From the NCBI RefSeq assembly GCF_020745735.1, contig NC_083435.1, positions 33,479,231 through 33,543,230 of the forward strand: a stretch of 64,000 nucleotides of DNA, written 5' to 3'. Shown one piece after another: positions 35,965-48,829 of the stretch. A model generated the notes under the pieces. That model did no database searches and had not been told where the DNA came from. It saw only the letters and a list, made by a program, of their open reading frames with translations. The DNA is from Hemiscyllium ocellatum (Eukaryota). A program made the translations under genes and the position numbers. How positions within the stretch are numbered: the stretch's first letter is position 1; the number at the start of each line of letters is the position of its first letter.

Positions 35965-37950
35965 TAAGTCAGGGTGCTGATAGGCTTGGAGGAGTACTTG
36001 CAAGTGGTGGTATTCCCATGTCGCTGCTGCCCTAGTCATTCTGTAGGGTATTGGCAGTGGATAATGAAGTTAATGAGCTTTGATTAACGTCTGAAATACA
36101 TTTTTATAGATAGTGGTGGAAAGAATGGATTTGATTGGATGTGTTGACAATGTGGCTGGTTTGAACTGCACCCACCCTGGCTAGTGGGGATTTTTCCATC
36201 ATACTTGTCACTTGTAAATGGTGACAGACTTTGAGGAGTCAGACAGTGAGTTATGTGTAGCAATTTACAAATCTCTCGTTTGGCTTTTGTATCCAACATA
36301 TTTATATGGCCAGTCCTATTCAGTTTCTGTTGAATGATAAACTCCTGGATGCTGGTAATGCGGGATTCAGTGAAGGCAACATAATTGTATGTTGAGAAGC
36401 ATTAGTAAGATTGTCTCTAATTGGACATTTTTATTGCCTGGCATTTGCAGCATGAATGTTGTTTGGCACTTACCAGCCAAAGTCTGGCTACTATCCAGGT
36501 TATGCCGTAGGTGGATGTAAACTACTTCAATATCTGAGGAGTTGTGAATGATGCTGAACATTGTGCTATCATCAGTGAACATCCTCACTTCTAACCCTGT
36601 GATGGATGGAGTGCCATTGATGAAGGAGTAAAACAGGATTGGTTCTTGGCTATTTTCCTAAAGAATACCTGCAGGGATGCTCTGAAGCTGAGGCGACTGA
36701 CCTCCAAAATGTTCAACCCTTCCATGTGGTCAGTGCGACTCCAACCAGTACAGAGTTTTCTGCTGGTTCCCTTTGACTACTCTTTTGCTTGGCCTCCTTG
36801 ATGCTACACTTGGTCAACTGTGACCTTGAAGTCAAGGCTGTCACGATCAGCTCACTTCTGAAATTATGCTTTGTTGTCTACATTTGAAGCAAGGCTGGGA
36901 ATAGGTCAGGAGCTGAGTGGCTGCAGGTATTCTTTTAGAGAATGATCCTGGCTGAACTCAAACTGGGTGTCACTGATACTGTTATTGCTGAGCAGATGCT
37001 GCTTGAAAGCACTGTTCATGACAACTTCCATCAATTTACTAATGACTGAGGGTAGAATGATGGGGTGGTAATTGATGCTGTTTGATTTGTCCAATGGGTT
37101 GTGTCCAGGGCATACCTGAGCAATTCCACACATGTCATTAGATGCCAGTGTTGTAGCTGTATTGGAACAGTTAGGACAGGAGTGTGGCAAGGACTGTAAC
37201 ACAATTTTTCAGTACTAATGGTAAATAGGTGCCACAGACTTTGCAGTATCCAGTACCCCACTTGTTTCTTGATATCACATTGAATTGCCTTAAAACTAGC
37301 ATCTGTTAAGCTGAAGACTTTGGAGGAGGCCAAGATGGATCATCCATTCGACAATTTCAGAGGAATATTGTTGCACATGGTTCAGCCTAATCATTTAAAC
37401 AGAAGTGCTGGGTTTCTGCACTACTGAAGATGGGATTTTTGTGAGCCTCTTCCTCCAGAGAATTGTTTAATTGTCCACCAACATTCACAACTAGATGTGG
37501 TGTAACTAAGGTGCTCAGATCTAATCCACTGGTTGTGGGATTACTTTGCGCAGTCTACTATTTGTTGCTTATGCTGTTTGACATACATGTGGCCTTGTGT
37601 CTTAGCATCATCAGGTTGACACTACATTTTTAGATTTTCTAAGTTACCCCACCCAGCATGCCCTCCTGCAGTCTTCATTTAACGAGGGTAGATTCCTTGG
37701 TTTGATGGTGAGACTCATTTGGCAAATGCCTGCTACAAAGTTGTAGATTACGCTGAAGCATGATTCTGCTGCTGCTGATGCTCACAATGCACCATACGTG
37801 CACAATCTTGAGTTGCTAGATCTGTTCATAGTCTTTCCCACTTAGTATGGGCATCCTACCGAACAAGAATGATTTAAGGTATTATCAGTATGAAAGCAAG
37901 ACATCATCTCCATAAGGTCTATATGGTTTTCAATTACATCTATAGCAGAC
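35965..37950 (-). mobile_element. Decayed CR1/L2-group LINE (RT region)
   Basis: MFTDDSTMFSII (FADD variant), NYHPIILPSVISKLMEVVMNSAFKQHLL, DTQFEFSQDHS. Confidence 0.8.
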
Positions 37951-38109
37951 AAATTGGTAAGAATGTAGACAAATATGTTTTTACCACTTGTTGGTTCCTT
38001 CACTATTGCCTGACCCAGAGTTGTAGTTGTTTCTGATGCCAGGAGGCTGTTTTCATTCCTTTTTTTTTCCTTTCTAGTGGTAAGTAGAATTGAGAGCAGA
38101 TAACAGTAA

Positions 38110-38305
38110 CACATTGGCCAGAGAAGATGAGGCTTTTACTTTTCCCGAAAATCATCAGCGCTCATCATTAAACTGTAAATTACATAATTTTAATCTAATT
38201 TAAATTCCACTATCTACCATAATTGGATGTGAAGCCAGGTCTCTGGAACATTACCTGGGTGTGCAGATTAATAGTTTAGTGATAATACCATTAAGACATC
38301 ACCTA
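38110..38305 (-). mobile_element. Deu-domain SINE, 5' part
   Basis: 'aatttaaattccactatctaccataattggatgtgaagccaggtctctggaacattacctggg...gtgataataccatt', similar to 1500-1620. Confidence 0.55.
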
Positions 38306-39454
38306 ATCGCTGCTCTACTGCACCTTGATATTCCTCTTTAATGTATGGTTTTTGAATCCCACAAACCCACTGAGTTAATTTAAAGTTCTCTCAACAGTAC
38401 TGCACCTGCCTTGTGAGAAACCCAGCCCTAACTCAGTTCAGGAGAAATCCATTTTTGTCTTGGACAGAAGTCATTTTACCCAGAATTTGTTCAAATGTCT
38501 CAGCCCACTAAGATTAATTTTGATTTGTCTTATAATTTTCCACATTACTTCTGCAATTTCTGTAATAAAATGTTGAATAGTCAGGAAGAAACCGTTAGCC
38601 AAAAGCACAATAATGGATAAACAAGCTGTTCACATGGACTGAACAATGGCAAATGGAATTGAAGTCTGAAAATAACGGGGTGATATATTTTGGGCGGACG
38701 AACAAGGCAAAGAAGCACCTATTGAATAGTAGGACCCCAGGAAATATCTGACCATGATATATCTGAACAAGTTGATTTAAGTATCTAAGCCCGGTTTCCC
38801 GCTGGTCCAAATTAGCCCTATTTTATATTCTGGGGCTCTAGTGGCACAATGGTTATGTCCCTACCAGAGGGGGTGGGTTAAATTCCTATCGTCTCCAGAG
38901 ATGCATTTTAGCATCTCCAAATGGGTCATATGGAAAAGGGATACATTTTCTCCGCGAGCTGAAAGGTGCTTGAGTTTCCAAGTCATTGGTTAACTAAATA
39001 CTGGTGCTGCTGGACGAAAAAGAAACAAAACCTAAATTTCGTGCCTCATATTCCCTGGATACATTACTTCTATTTCTCAAACATTCATTAACTCTCGAGC
39101 TGTTTTCCTAAGATGGGTGTTAGAGACATTGCATACAAGCATTGAGGAATTGCAATTCGTAAATTTGCTATTATTCAATCGCTGTACTTACTATTTTTGC
39201 ATTTACTTGTCAGTTTCGATTTTTAAGTGTCAGAGTTTTGGTTTGTTTATTGATTTATGCATATATTTTTGAATACTGCAGACTTTGTATTTGAAATGAG
39301 CTGTGCAAAGCCAGTGCAAACTGATTGCAGTTCCTTTGATTAACAACTCGCTCTCGCCCGGGGGGAGGGGGTGGGGAGCCAGCAAAAGTGACTCGATTTT
39401 TACATCAGCACATTTCTGATCCGTGGAGACGTTGTGAACACTGCTTTGCTGGAA

Positions 39455-39565
39455 GCTAAAAATCACACAAGACTAGGCTAAAGTCCGTCCTATTGGATGA
39501 TAACCTGGTGTTGTGTGATTTTTAACTTTGTCCATAACAGTCCAACAATGACACCTTCGCATCAT
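39455..39565. repeat. Collapsed inverted-repeat element (probably PLE-derived)
   Basis: Perfect 13-bp arms aaaaatcacacaa (39458-39470) and ttgtgtgattttt (39511-39523). Confidence 0.6.
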
Positions 39566-39777
39566 TGTTATTGAATGGCAACACGTGACCAGCAGACCGG
39601 CTCTAGGACACTGAATGCGAATGTTGGCGGCGTTTTCTGGATAGTGGGTGAGTCATCTGGAGAGATGTGCTGACTGGCAACCCTGGAGCGTACTAGGCCC
39701 AGATTTTACTCGTTGTCTCCACTTCCGCTTGGATCTCCACCGGATGTTCCTGTTTCCTCCTACAGTCCAAACATGCA

Positions 39778-41160
39778 AAGTGTCTCTCGCCCGTAGGTGT
39801 TCAAAGTTTGGGAGAAGATTTGTAGCTCGGGTGCTCGTTGTTGTGGTTCCGTTCGCTGAGCTGGAAATTTGTGTTGCAAACGTTTCGTCCCCTTTCTAGG
39901 TGACATCCTCAGTGCTTGGGAGCCTCCTGTGAAGCGCTTCTTTGATGTTTCCTCCGGCGTTTATAGTCTCTGCCACTTCCGGTTGTCAGTTCTTACTGTC
40001 CACTGTAGTGGCCGATATATTAGGTCCAGGTCGATGTGATTGTTGATAGAATCTCTGGATGAGTGTCACGCCTCTAGGAATTCCCTGGCTGTTCTCTATT
40101 TGGCTTGCCCAAACTCTGGGTCAGAAATGTAAACGACACCTTTGTAGTCATTAAAAACACAGAAATAGAGAACACACACCGGATCATCAACGCCACACTC
40201 ACAGGAATCCGATTCACGAGAGAGGAAGAAAAGGACAACCAGCTCCCATTCCTCGACGTGGTGGTACAGAGAACACCGAACGGAGAATTCTGCACAAAGG
40301 TATACAGGAAAGCCACACACACACAGACCAAGTCCTGAACTATGAAAGCAATCACCCCAACACACACAAACTAATTGCATCAGGACACTATTCAAAAGGG
40401 CCACAACATACTGCAGCACACCAGAACTGCAAAAAGAGCAAGAAGAACACCTAAACAAGGTATTCACCAAAAACAGATACCCGCGCAATTTCATCAACAT
40501 ATGCCTAAGGGAAAGACAATGGAACGAGGGCATGCCTCAACCCAAAGGACTAGCCACACTACCATGCATCAGGAGCATTTCCGAACTGACAGCCAGACTG
40601 CTGCGACCACTAGGACTCATAACAGTACACAAACCAACAGCCACTCTCAGACAACAACTCACCAGAACGAAGGACTAGATACCCAGCATGAGCAAAACCA
40701 ATGTAGTGTACAAAATCCCATGCAAGCACTGCACAAAACACTACATAGGACAAACAGGAAGACAGTTAACGATCCGCATCCATGAACACCAACTAGCCAC
40801 GAAAAGACACGACCAGCTATCCTTAGTAGCCACACACGCAGATGACAAGCAACATGAATTTGACTGGGACAACACTACTATTATAAGGCAAGCCAAACAG
40901 AGAACAGCCAGGGAATTCCTAGAGGCATGGCACTCATCCACAGATTCTATCAACAAACACATCGATCTGGACAATATACCGGCCACTATAGTGGACAGCA
41001 AGAACTGACAACCGGAAGCGGCAGAGAAAAGCCACTATAAATGCAGGAGGAAACATCACAGAAGCGCTTCACAGGAGGCTCCCAAGCACAGAGAATGTCA
41101 CCTAGAAAGGGGACGAAACGTTTGCAACACAAACTCCCAGCTCGACGAACAGAACCACGA
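39778..41160 (+). mobile_element. Penelope-like element insertion: inverted pLTR arm (39778-about 40100) plus 5'-truncated RT/GIY-YIG body, with 10-bp TSD
   Basis: PKLWVRNVNDTFVVIK (YVDD-equivalent), NVVYKIPCKHCTKHYIGQTGR..HEH..AREFLEAWHS. About 39830-40100 is the reverse complement of about 40880-41160. caaacatgca occurs at 39768-39777 and 41161-41170. Confidence 0.92.
39874..39917 (-). ncRNA. Minimal type I hammerhead ribozyme motif in the PLE pLTR (core intact)
   Basis: Minus strand GCA-CUGAGGA-U-GUCACC-UAGAAA-GGGGAC-GAAA-C-GUU-UGC: CUGANGA and GAAA cores, stem II, 3-bp stem I. Activity untested. Confidence 0.65.
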
Positions 41161-42139
41161 CAAACATGCATGTTAAGATAAACTGGCCGTTAAAAGTTGC
41201 TCTATAATGTCCAGGGGTGTGCAGGCTCGGGGAATTAGCCATGGGAAGAGTGGGTTTACTGGATATGGTTGGGGAGCGGATTGGTCTGGGTAGGATGCTC
41301 TTTTGAGGTTCGTGCTAATTCGTTGGGCTGAATGGTCTCTTTCTGCTCCCTCGGGATTCTACAACTCTGGACCAGGTGCGATGAGAGTGTACCGGTCATT
41401 GTGAGGTTACAATGGCTTAAGTGGGCGTAGTTTCCTGATAGTACAGAAAGAAGCCATTCATCACATTCATTCTGCACTAACCCTACAATCAGAAGGACGT
41501 CCAGACGAAGGAGTTTAGCCTTCCACGATTCACTGGGGTCATGGCTGATCATCGATCCAGCGCCATCCTCCTCCATTTGCTTCATATTCCTTGACCCTTT
41601 GGCTGACAAACATCTTTGGAAGATTTTGAGGATAGAGCACTTGACCTGCAACATTAACTCTGATTTCAGGCTTTTTATGTTTTTGTTTCTGATTTATAGC
41701 ATCTGCAGTTCTTTTTATTCAAACATCTTTCAATGTCAGGACTAGGGGAAAAAGGTGGAGACAGGAGCAGTGAACTAGAATGTGAGTTATATTGGACATC
41801 CTGTGTGGTTCGTCGTGAATTTCCATTCTCACACCACCTGGTTTGCCTTCTCAGCACAGTCACAGGAACTAGGAGCAAGAGAAAGAATCTAAGCCAGTCC
41901 CTTTGTGACACTCTGTTAGATCTAGGGTGAAAAGATGAGAAAAAAGTACAAGAAAAAAGGACAAGAAGTAACTCTGTGCCAAATACAGAAAACGTTGGAG
42001 AAATTCAGCAGATGAGTTGAGCATCCTGTTGAGTTTCTGCGAATTTCTACTGCATTTTGTGAGCCAGATCAGCTTAGCCATTGTCTCTCTTTTGCTTCCT
42101 CCCAGCCAGATAGGCAGTGGATTGGATCTTTAAATTGCA

Positions 42140-42475
42140 CTGAATCAGAGGATGATACAATTGGAGGTAATCTGGCCCATAATATACTTGAAGTGGCATT
42201 ATGAATGAGTATTTAAAACAGGTGAAGAGAGAGATTGTTAAAAAAATACATGATTGTCAAATCTTTTCCACCGACGATGGTTCATATGTAGAATCAACTT
42301 CCTGCGAAAGTGGTGGAGGTGAGCACAGTTTTAACTGTTAAAAAACACATCGATAAGTCCCTGAATAGGAAAGGTTTGGTGAGGTTTGGGCCAGGAGCAG
42401 GCACATGGGAGAAGCCTTGTTTCAGACTATATTTGGTGTGGATTGGTTAATATACTATACGACTCTGTATGACAG
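42140..42475 (+). mobile_element. CR1 3' end fragment
   Basis: 'aatcaacttcctgcgaaagtggtggagg...ctgaataggaaaggtttgg...gggccaggagcagg'. Confidence 0.65.
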
Positions 42476-42789
42476 GGCTTGCATTTGAATTTATATGGAT
42501 TCTGTTGTGTGCGAGTGAGCCACTCTGCTATCATGACTGATAACGTTAAATTTGTTATTCATAAACGTCTTTGCAAAACTGGGATTGTCCAGCGCAGGAT
42601 GTCGAATTACAAAATCCAATGTTGCACACTGTGCTCCGAAGTTTGCGAGGACGCATGCATTGTATCGGATCAGTTCTCTGTCTGTTCATAGATATAAATG
42701 GACATGTTTTAGATGAGCTGCCAGTTGTGGGGCATAATATTTGTACCTACCTTCAGACTAGTACAGAGTGTCAAATCCAGGTGCTTACC

Positions 42790-43141
42790 ATAGAATCATA
42801 GATTCCCTACAGTGTGGAAACAGGCCCTTCAGCCCACAAGTCCACACCGTTCTTCTGAAGATTATTCACCCAGACTCGTTCCTTTGCCCTATTACTTTAC
42901 ATTTCTCCGACTAATGCACCTAACCTACACATCCCTGACTACTATGGGCAATTTAGCATGGCCTATTCGCCTAACTAGCAAACCTTTGGACTGTGGGACG
43001 AAACCAGAGCACCCGGAGGATACCCATGCAGACACGGAGAGAATGTGCAAACTCCGCAGAGACAGTCGCGCGAGTGTAAAATCCAACCCGGGCCCCATGC
43101 ACTGAGGGCAGCAATGCTAACCATTCAGCCATCGCGCCGCC
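42790..43141 (-). mobile_element. Full-length HE1-type SINE
   Basis: tRNA-like head 'ggcggcgcgatggctgaatggttagcattgctgcc', core 'gagtttgcacattctctccgtgtctgc', LINE-like tail 'gggctgaagggcctgtttccacactgta'. Confidence 0.9.
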
Positions 43142-43818
43142 GTTTGCTGATTTTGAATTAGGCACATTTATTTGGTTTGAATGCAGCTCGTGAAGAAAAT
43201 CACTTGCGTTTCTACTGCACTGTACTATCATAAAACTAGTTATGCTTGATCCTGAGGTATTTGTGTTTTCCTTTAAAAAAATTACCTTTGGATTTGTTTT
43301 ATTTTTAGACAGCACATCAGAAAATCATATGCAATCATGTTTAAAATTATGTTCTACCCCGGTTCTGATATGTTCCCAAATTGCTTTTGATCTGGAGTTT
43401 AGTTTTAAAAGATGGAAAAGTGGCTACTGTTGATTCAGGTGCTGATGGGTAGAGGTGGTGTTAGGGGATGTTTCGGCTGTTTTATAAGAAATCTCATTTT
43501 CCTGACTTCAGCTATTCCCATTTCTACCTTTTAACCTCACACAGTGGCTGCGACTAGACTGCTGTGTGATCTTGACTGTTTCACCAAGAACATTGAAAAT
43601 CCTTTTTTTATTAACAGCGCAGCTTGCTGTAAGTACTGCAAATGTATTTCAACATTAGATATAAACTTATCTGTACCTTGATTTTAGCATTCACATCATC
43701 TTGGGGTTGTTTGTATCATGTACAAAGATTGCTCAAAGTAAATTGTGAAAATGACACAAGGAATCTTCAAAGGGGAAATAAATAACATTTGTAAGTGAGC
43801 AAAGAATTGCCAGATTTT

Positions 43819-44155
43819 AGGGTGGTGCAGTGATCAGCCTTGCTGTCTCACAGCATCAGGGATCTGAATTCAATCCCAGCCTTGAGTGACTGTCTATGAG
43901 CAGTTTGCACATTCTCCCCACGTCTGTGTGAGTTTCCTGTGGATACTCCGATTTCCCCACTGTCCAAAGATGTGCAGTTTAGATGGATAAGCCATGATAA
44001 ATTGTCATGGTGTCCAGAAATGTGCAGCATAGGTGGATTAGCTGTGGGAAATGCAGGATTACATGGATTGACTAGGAGGTGTAGGTCTGGGTGGATGCTG
44101 TTTGGAGGGTCAGTGTCGAATCGATGGGCCAATAGCCTGCTTCTGTGACTGTTGA
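43819..44155 (+). mobile_element. Full-length HE1-type SINE
   Basis: Head 'gggtggtgcagtgatcagccttgctgtctcacagc', core 'gtttgcacattctccccacgtctgtgtg', tail 'gatgggccaatagcctgcttctg'. Confidence 0.85.
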
Positions 44156-44159
44156 ATTT

Positions 44160-47100
44160 AGCAAAGGGTTTTTAGTGCAGGAACTTAAAAAGGCGGTCCT
44201 CAAGAGTAGTAATATCTGGATTGGAGTAGAAGTGACCTGTACAAGAAGGACACAGTGCAACTAAATTAGAAGGGGACTGATATACTGGCAGGGAGACTTG
44301 CTGGAGCTGCTCGGGAAGATTTGAAACTAGTAAGCTGTGGCGGTGTGGGGATGGGGGTGGGGGGAGGGTTGGGACCCAGGGAGATAGTGAGGAAAGAGAT
44401 CGATCTGAGACTGGTACAGTTGAGAACAGAGGCGATTCAAACAGTCAGGGCAGGCAAGGACAAAGCAGACAACAAAACAGGAATGATAAATTAAACTGCA
44501 TTTGTTTCTATGCAAGTGTCCTAATAGGAAAGGCAGACGAACTCAGGGCAGGGCGAGGAACTTGGGACTGGGATATCACAGCAATTACAGAAACATGGCT
44601 CAGGGATTAACAGGACTGGAATCTTAATATTCCAGGATGCAAATGCTACAGGAAAGACAGAAAGGGAGGCAAGAGAGGAGGTGTAGTGACGTTTTTGATA
44701 CTGGGAAAGCATTACAGCTACACTGAGGGAGCATATTCCAAGAAATACATCCAGGGAAATTATTTGGGTGGAACTGAGAAATAAGAAAGGAATGCTCACA
44801 TTAGCGGGATCGTATTATAGACTCGCTAATAGTCAAAGGGAAATAGAGAAACAAATTTGTTTGCAGATCTCAATTATCTGTTAGAATAATAGGGTGGTTA
44901 TGGTCATGGATTTTAACTTTCCAAGCGTAGATATAGTGTTAAGGATTTAGAGGAGAGGAAATTAAGTGTGGAAAAGAAAACTTTTTGGTTCAATATGTGG
45001 ATATACCGACGAGACAAGGTGCAAAACTTGACCTACTCTTGGGAAATAAGGCAGGGCAGCTGACTGAGGAGTCAGTGGGGGAGCACTTTGGGGCCAGTGG
45101 CCATAATTCTATTAGTTTTAAAGTAGTGATGGGAAGGGATAGACCAGATATAAAAGGTTGAAATTCTGAATTGGAGAAAGGCCAATTTTGACGGTTTTAG
45201 GCAAGAACTTTCAAAAGCTCATTGAGGGTAAATTTTCACAGTCAAAGGGATGTCTGGAAAATTGGAAGCCTTCAGAAATGAGAAAACGAGAGTCCAAAGA
45301 AAGTATATTCCTGTCAGGGTGAAAGGAAAGGCAGGTAGGTGTACGGAATGCTGGACGAGTAGAAAAATTGAGAGATTGGTTAAGAAAAAGAAGGAAGCAT
45401 ATGTCAGGTATAGACAAGATAGATCGAGTGAATCCTTAGAAGAATATAAAGTTAATCGGTGTATACACAAGAGGGAACTCAGGAGGGCAAAAAGGGGACA
45501 TGAGATAGCTTTGGCAAATAGAGTTAAGGAGAATCCAAAGGGTTTTTACAAATATATTAAGGACAAAAGGATAACTAGGGAGAGAATAGGGCCCCTCAAA
45601 TATCAGCAAGGTGGTCTTTGTGTGGAACCACAGGAGATGGGGGAGATACTGAACGAGTATTTTGCATCATTATTTACTATGGAAAGGACAAGGAAAATTT
45701 AGAATGTAGGGAATTAGATGGTGACTTCTCGAAAAATATATATATTACATGGGAGGAAGGGCTGGATGCCTTGAAATGTATAAAAGTGGATAAATCTCCA
45801 GGACCTAATCAGATGTACTCTAGAATTCTGTGGAAAGCTAGGGAAGTGATTGCTGAGCCTCTTACTGAAATACTTGTATCATCAATAGTCAAAGGTGAGG
45901 TGCGGGAAAACTGGACATTGGCTCACGTTGTGCCACTGTTTAAGAAGGGTGGTAAGTACAAGCCATGGAACTATACACCAGTGAGCTTGGTCTCAGAGGT
46001 GGTAAAGGTGTTGGAGGGAATCCTGAGGCACAGGACGAACATGTATTTGGAAAGGCAAAGGCTGAGTAGGGGTAGTCAACATGGCTTGAGAAATAATGTC
46101 TCAAAAACTTGAGTGAGTTTGTAGAAGAAGTAACAAAGTGGATTGATGAGGGCAGAGAGGTAGGTGTGAGCTATATGGACTGCAGTAAGGTGTTCGTCAA
46201 GGTTCCTCATGGGAGACTGGTAAGCAAGGTTAGATCTCATGGAATACAGGGAAAACTAACAAATTGGTTACAGAACTGTCTCAAATAGAAGACTGTGGGT
46301 GGATGATGGAGGGTTGTTTTTCAGACTGGAGGCCTGTGATCAGTGGTGTGCCACAAGCATCTGTGCTGGGTCCACTACTTTTCGTCATTTATATCAATTA
46401 TTTGGATGTGAGCCTCAGAGGCATAATTGGAAAGTTTGCAGATGACATCAACATTGAAGGTGGAGTGGATAGCGAAGAAGGTTACCTCAGATTAAAACAG
46501 GATCTTGATCAGATGGGCCAATTGGCTTAGAAGTGGCAGATGGAGTTTAATTCAGACAAATGCGTGGTGCTGCATTTTGGGAAAGCAAATGTCAGCAGGA
46601 CTTTTACACTTCATGGTACTATCCTCGGGAGTGTTGCTGAACAAAGAGACTTTGGAGAGTGGGTTCATAGCTCCTTTAAAGTGGAGTCACAGGTAGATAG
46701 GATAGTCACGAAGGCATTTGCTATGCTTTCTTTTATTGGTCAGAATATTGAGTACAGGAGTTGGGAGGCCCTGTTGCGGCTGTGCAGGACATTGGTTCGG
46801 CCACTGTTGGAGTATTGCGTGCAATTCTGGTCTCCTTCCTATCTGAAAGATGTTGTGAAACTTGAAAGGGTTCAGACAAGATTTACAAGGATGTTGCCAG
46901 GGTTGGAGGATTTGAGGTCTAGGCAGAGGCTGAACAGGTTGGGGCTGTTTTCCCTGGAGCATCAGAGGCTGAGGGGTAAGCTTCTAGAGATTTACAAGAT
47001 AATGAGTTGCATGGATAAGATAAATAGACAAAGTCTTTTCCCTGTGTTGGGAGAGCCCAGAACGAGATGGCATAGGTTTAGGGTGAGAGGGGAAAGATCT

Positions 47101-47355
47101 AAAAGAGACCTCAGGGACACCTTATTCATGCAGAGAGTGGTACTTGTACTGAATGAGCTGCCCGAGGAAGTGGTGAAGGCGAGTAGAATTGCAACACTTA
47201 AGAAATATTTGGATGGGGATTATGAATAGGAAGGGTTTGGAAGGATATGTACTGCGTGCTGACAGTTGGAATTCATTTGGGTTGGGATATTTGGTCAGCA
47301 TGGATGGGTTGGACCGAAGCGTCTGTTTCTATGCTGTACATCTCTATTCCTCTCT
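44160..47355 (+). mobile_element. Decayed CR1 LINE (ORF1 3' end, endonuclease, RT, 3' UTR)
   Basis: 'gacctgtacaagaagga' (DLYKKD), ITAITETW, NPKGFYKYIK, DKSPGP, GKFADD, LEYCVQFWSP, with many frameshifts. Confidence 0.9.
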
Positions 47356-47399
47356 GATGCTGTACATAAAACTTTATTTCCCTGTGATAGCTTATATCT

Positions 47400-47620
47400 T
47401 GACCACTGCTTTTTCTTTTAAATCTGTCCCTTTTCCAGCAAAATTTGGCATTGTCATCACTCCTGCCCTGCAAAAATAAAATTCTTCTGCCCCTGAAAAC
47501 TACACGCTGACTCCAACCTTCCTGTGCTCTCCAAAATCTTGAATGTCTTACCACACCTCTGTCCATCTTACCCTGAATTGTGTCTGAAGGACTCAGCTTT
47601 CGGCCTCTGCTACAGACTTT
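47400..47620 (+). mobile_element. L2-like RT fragment
   Basis: 'ttgtcatcactcctgccctgcaaaaa...gaaaactac...tccaaccttcctgtgctctccaaaatcttgaa' resembles AVITPLLKK..NYRPISNLPFLSKILE. Confidence 0.55.
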
Positions 47621-47689
47621 CTACAAAACCATTAATGACTGCGCTAGTGGCTGTTAAAATTACATTTGAACAATTTAGTATTGTGAAGG

Positions 47690-48017
47690 ACTGGGTATTC
47701 GTGTTACATTACATGAATAGATAGAGTAGACAGTCAGAAACTTTTTCCCCTGGTACAACAGAGTGTTACAAGGGGACATAAATTTAAGGTGAAGGGTGGA
47801 AGGTATAGGGGAGATGTCAGGGGTGGGTTCTTTGCCCAGAGAGTGGTGGGGGCATGGAATGCGCTGCCCGTGGGAGTGGTAGAGTCAGAATCATTGGCGA
47901 CCTTTAAGCGACAATTGGATAGGTACATGGATGGATGCTTAATCTAAGAAAGATGTTCGGCACAACATCGTGGGCTGAAGGGCCTGTTCTGTGCTGTATT
48001 GTTCTATGTTCTATGTT
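47690..48017 (+). mobile_element. Relatively young CR1 3' end
   Basis: RGHKFKVKGGRYRGDVRG.FF.QRVV.AWNALP; tail 'gttctatgttctatgtt'. Confidence 0.85.
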
Positions 48018-48829
48018 AAAATGATGCATGGGATATCTGCCTTTAATAAACAAGGCTTTGAATTCAAGAGCAAGACGTTTATATAATGGAGCTGTGTACA
48101 GTATAATGATATTTAGGCCCAAACTGGACTGGTGGAAGGTTGGGTCTTCAGGGACAATATGGGTATCTGGTTCAATGCAGATGTGCGGACATATGTGGAT
48201 GCTTGTTGATAGAAGCATGTAATATTCGGAAAGAAACGGCCTGAATTTTTTCAATGAACTCATCCACATGTGGACTTGTGGACCCAACCTTTTGCTCTTT
48301 GTGCCCTTAGCACCTATGCTCCCAAGTCCAGCCACCTGTCACCAGACACCTTTGCAAGTGACACATGAGGAGCGAAGACTTCAATATCAAAGGGATAGGG
48401 TCTGCTTGTTGTTACAGATACCTTCGATAAGTTCACACTGAATGCACATCTGTGATAATACCAATACAAATTGCACAATAACAAGTGATCTGGTTTAATC
48501 AATCTCCTGAACCAATCTTTCTCATATGGTTCGTCAAGGCCATCATGGTGTGTGTGTGCTGTGCAGCGCGGCATTTCTCCAGCAAGAAAACCTAAGTTAA
48601 TAGAATTAAAATGTTTACTTGCTTCCAGGGTGAGTAAATCGCTCACTGAACTTATCACTCTCTGGCCTTATCGCCACGCATGACATACATCAGGCATCGT
48701 CGGTCACATTTGATAGCCTGAACTGGTAAATCTTCCGTTTGAAATACCTGCAAGCCCGACGGAGTACTGAACAAGTCCAAAGCCAGTCTCCCCTTGAGGT
48801 CCCGACCCATCAGATTGAAAGGTCAAAAT

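Larger units (their letters stand above)
39690..41352 (+). mobile_element. HE1-type SINE split by the Penelope insertion (pieces about 39690-39777 and 41161-41352)
   Basis: 'ggatgttcctgtttcctcctacagtccaaacatgca' resumes after 41160 as 'caaacatgcatgttaag...tgtccaggggtgtgcagg...gggctgaatgg'. Confidence 0.7.
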
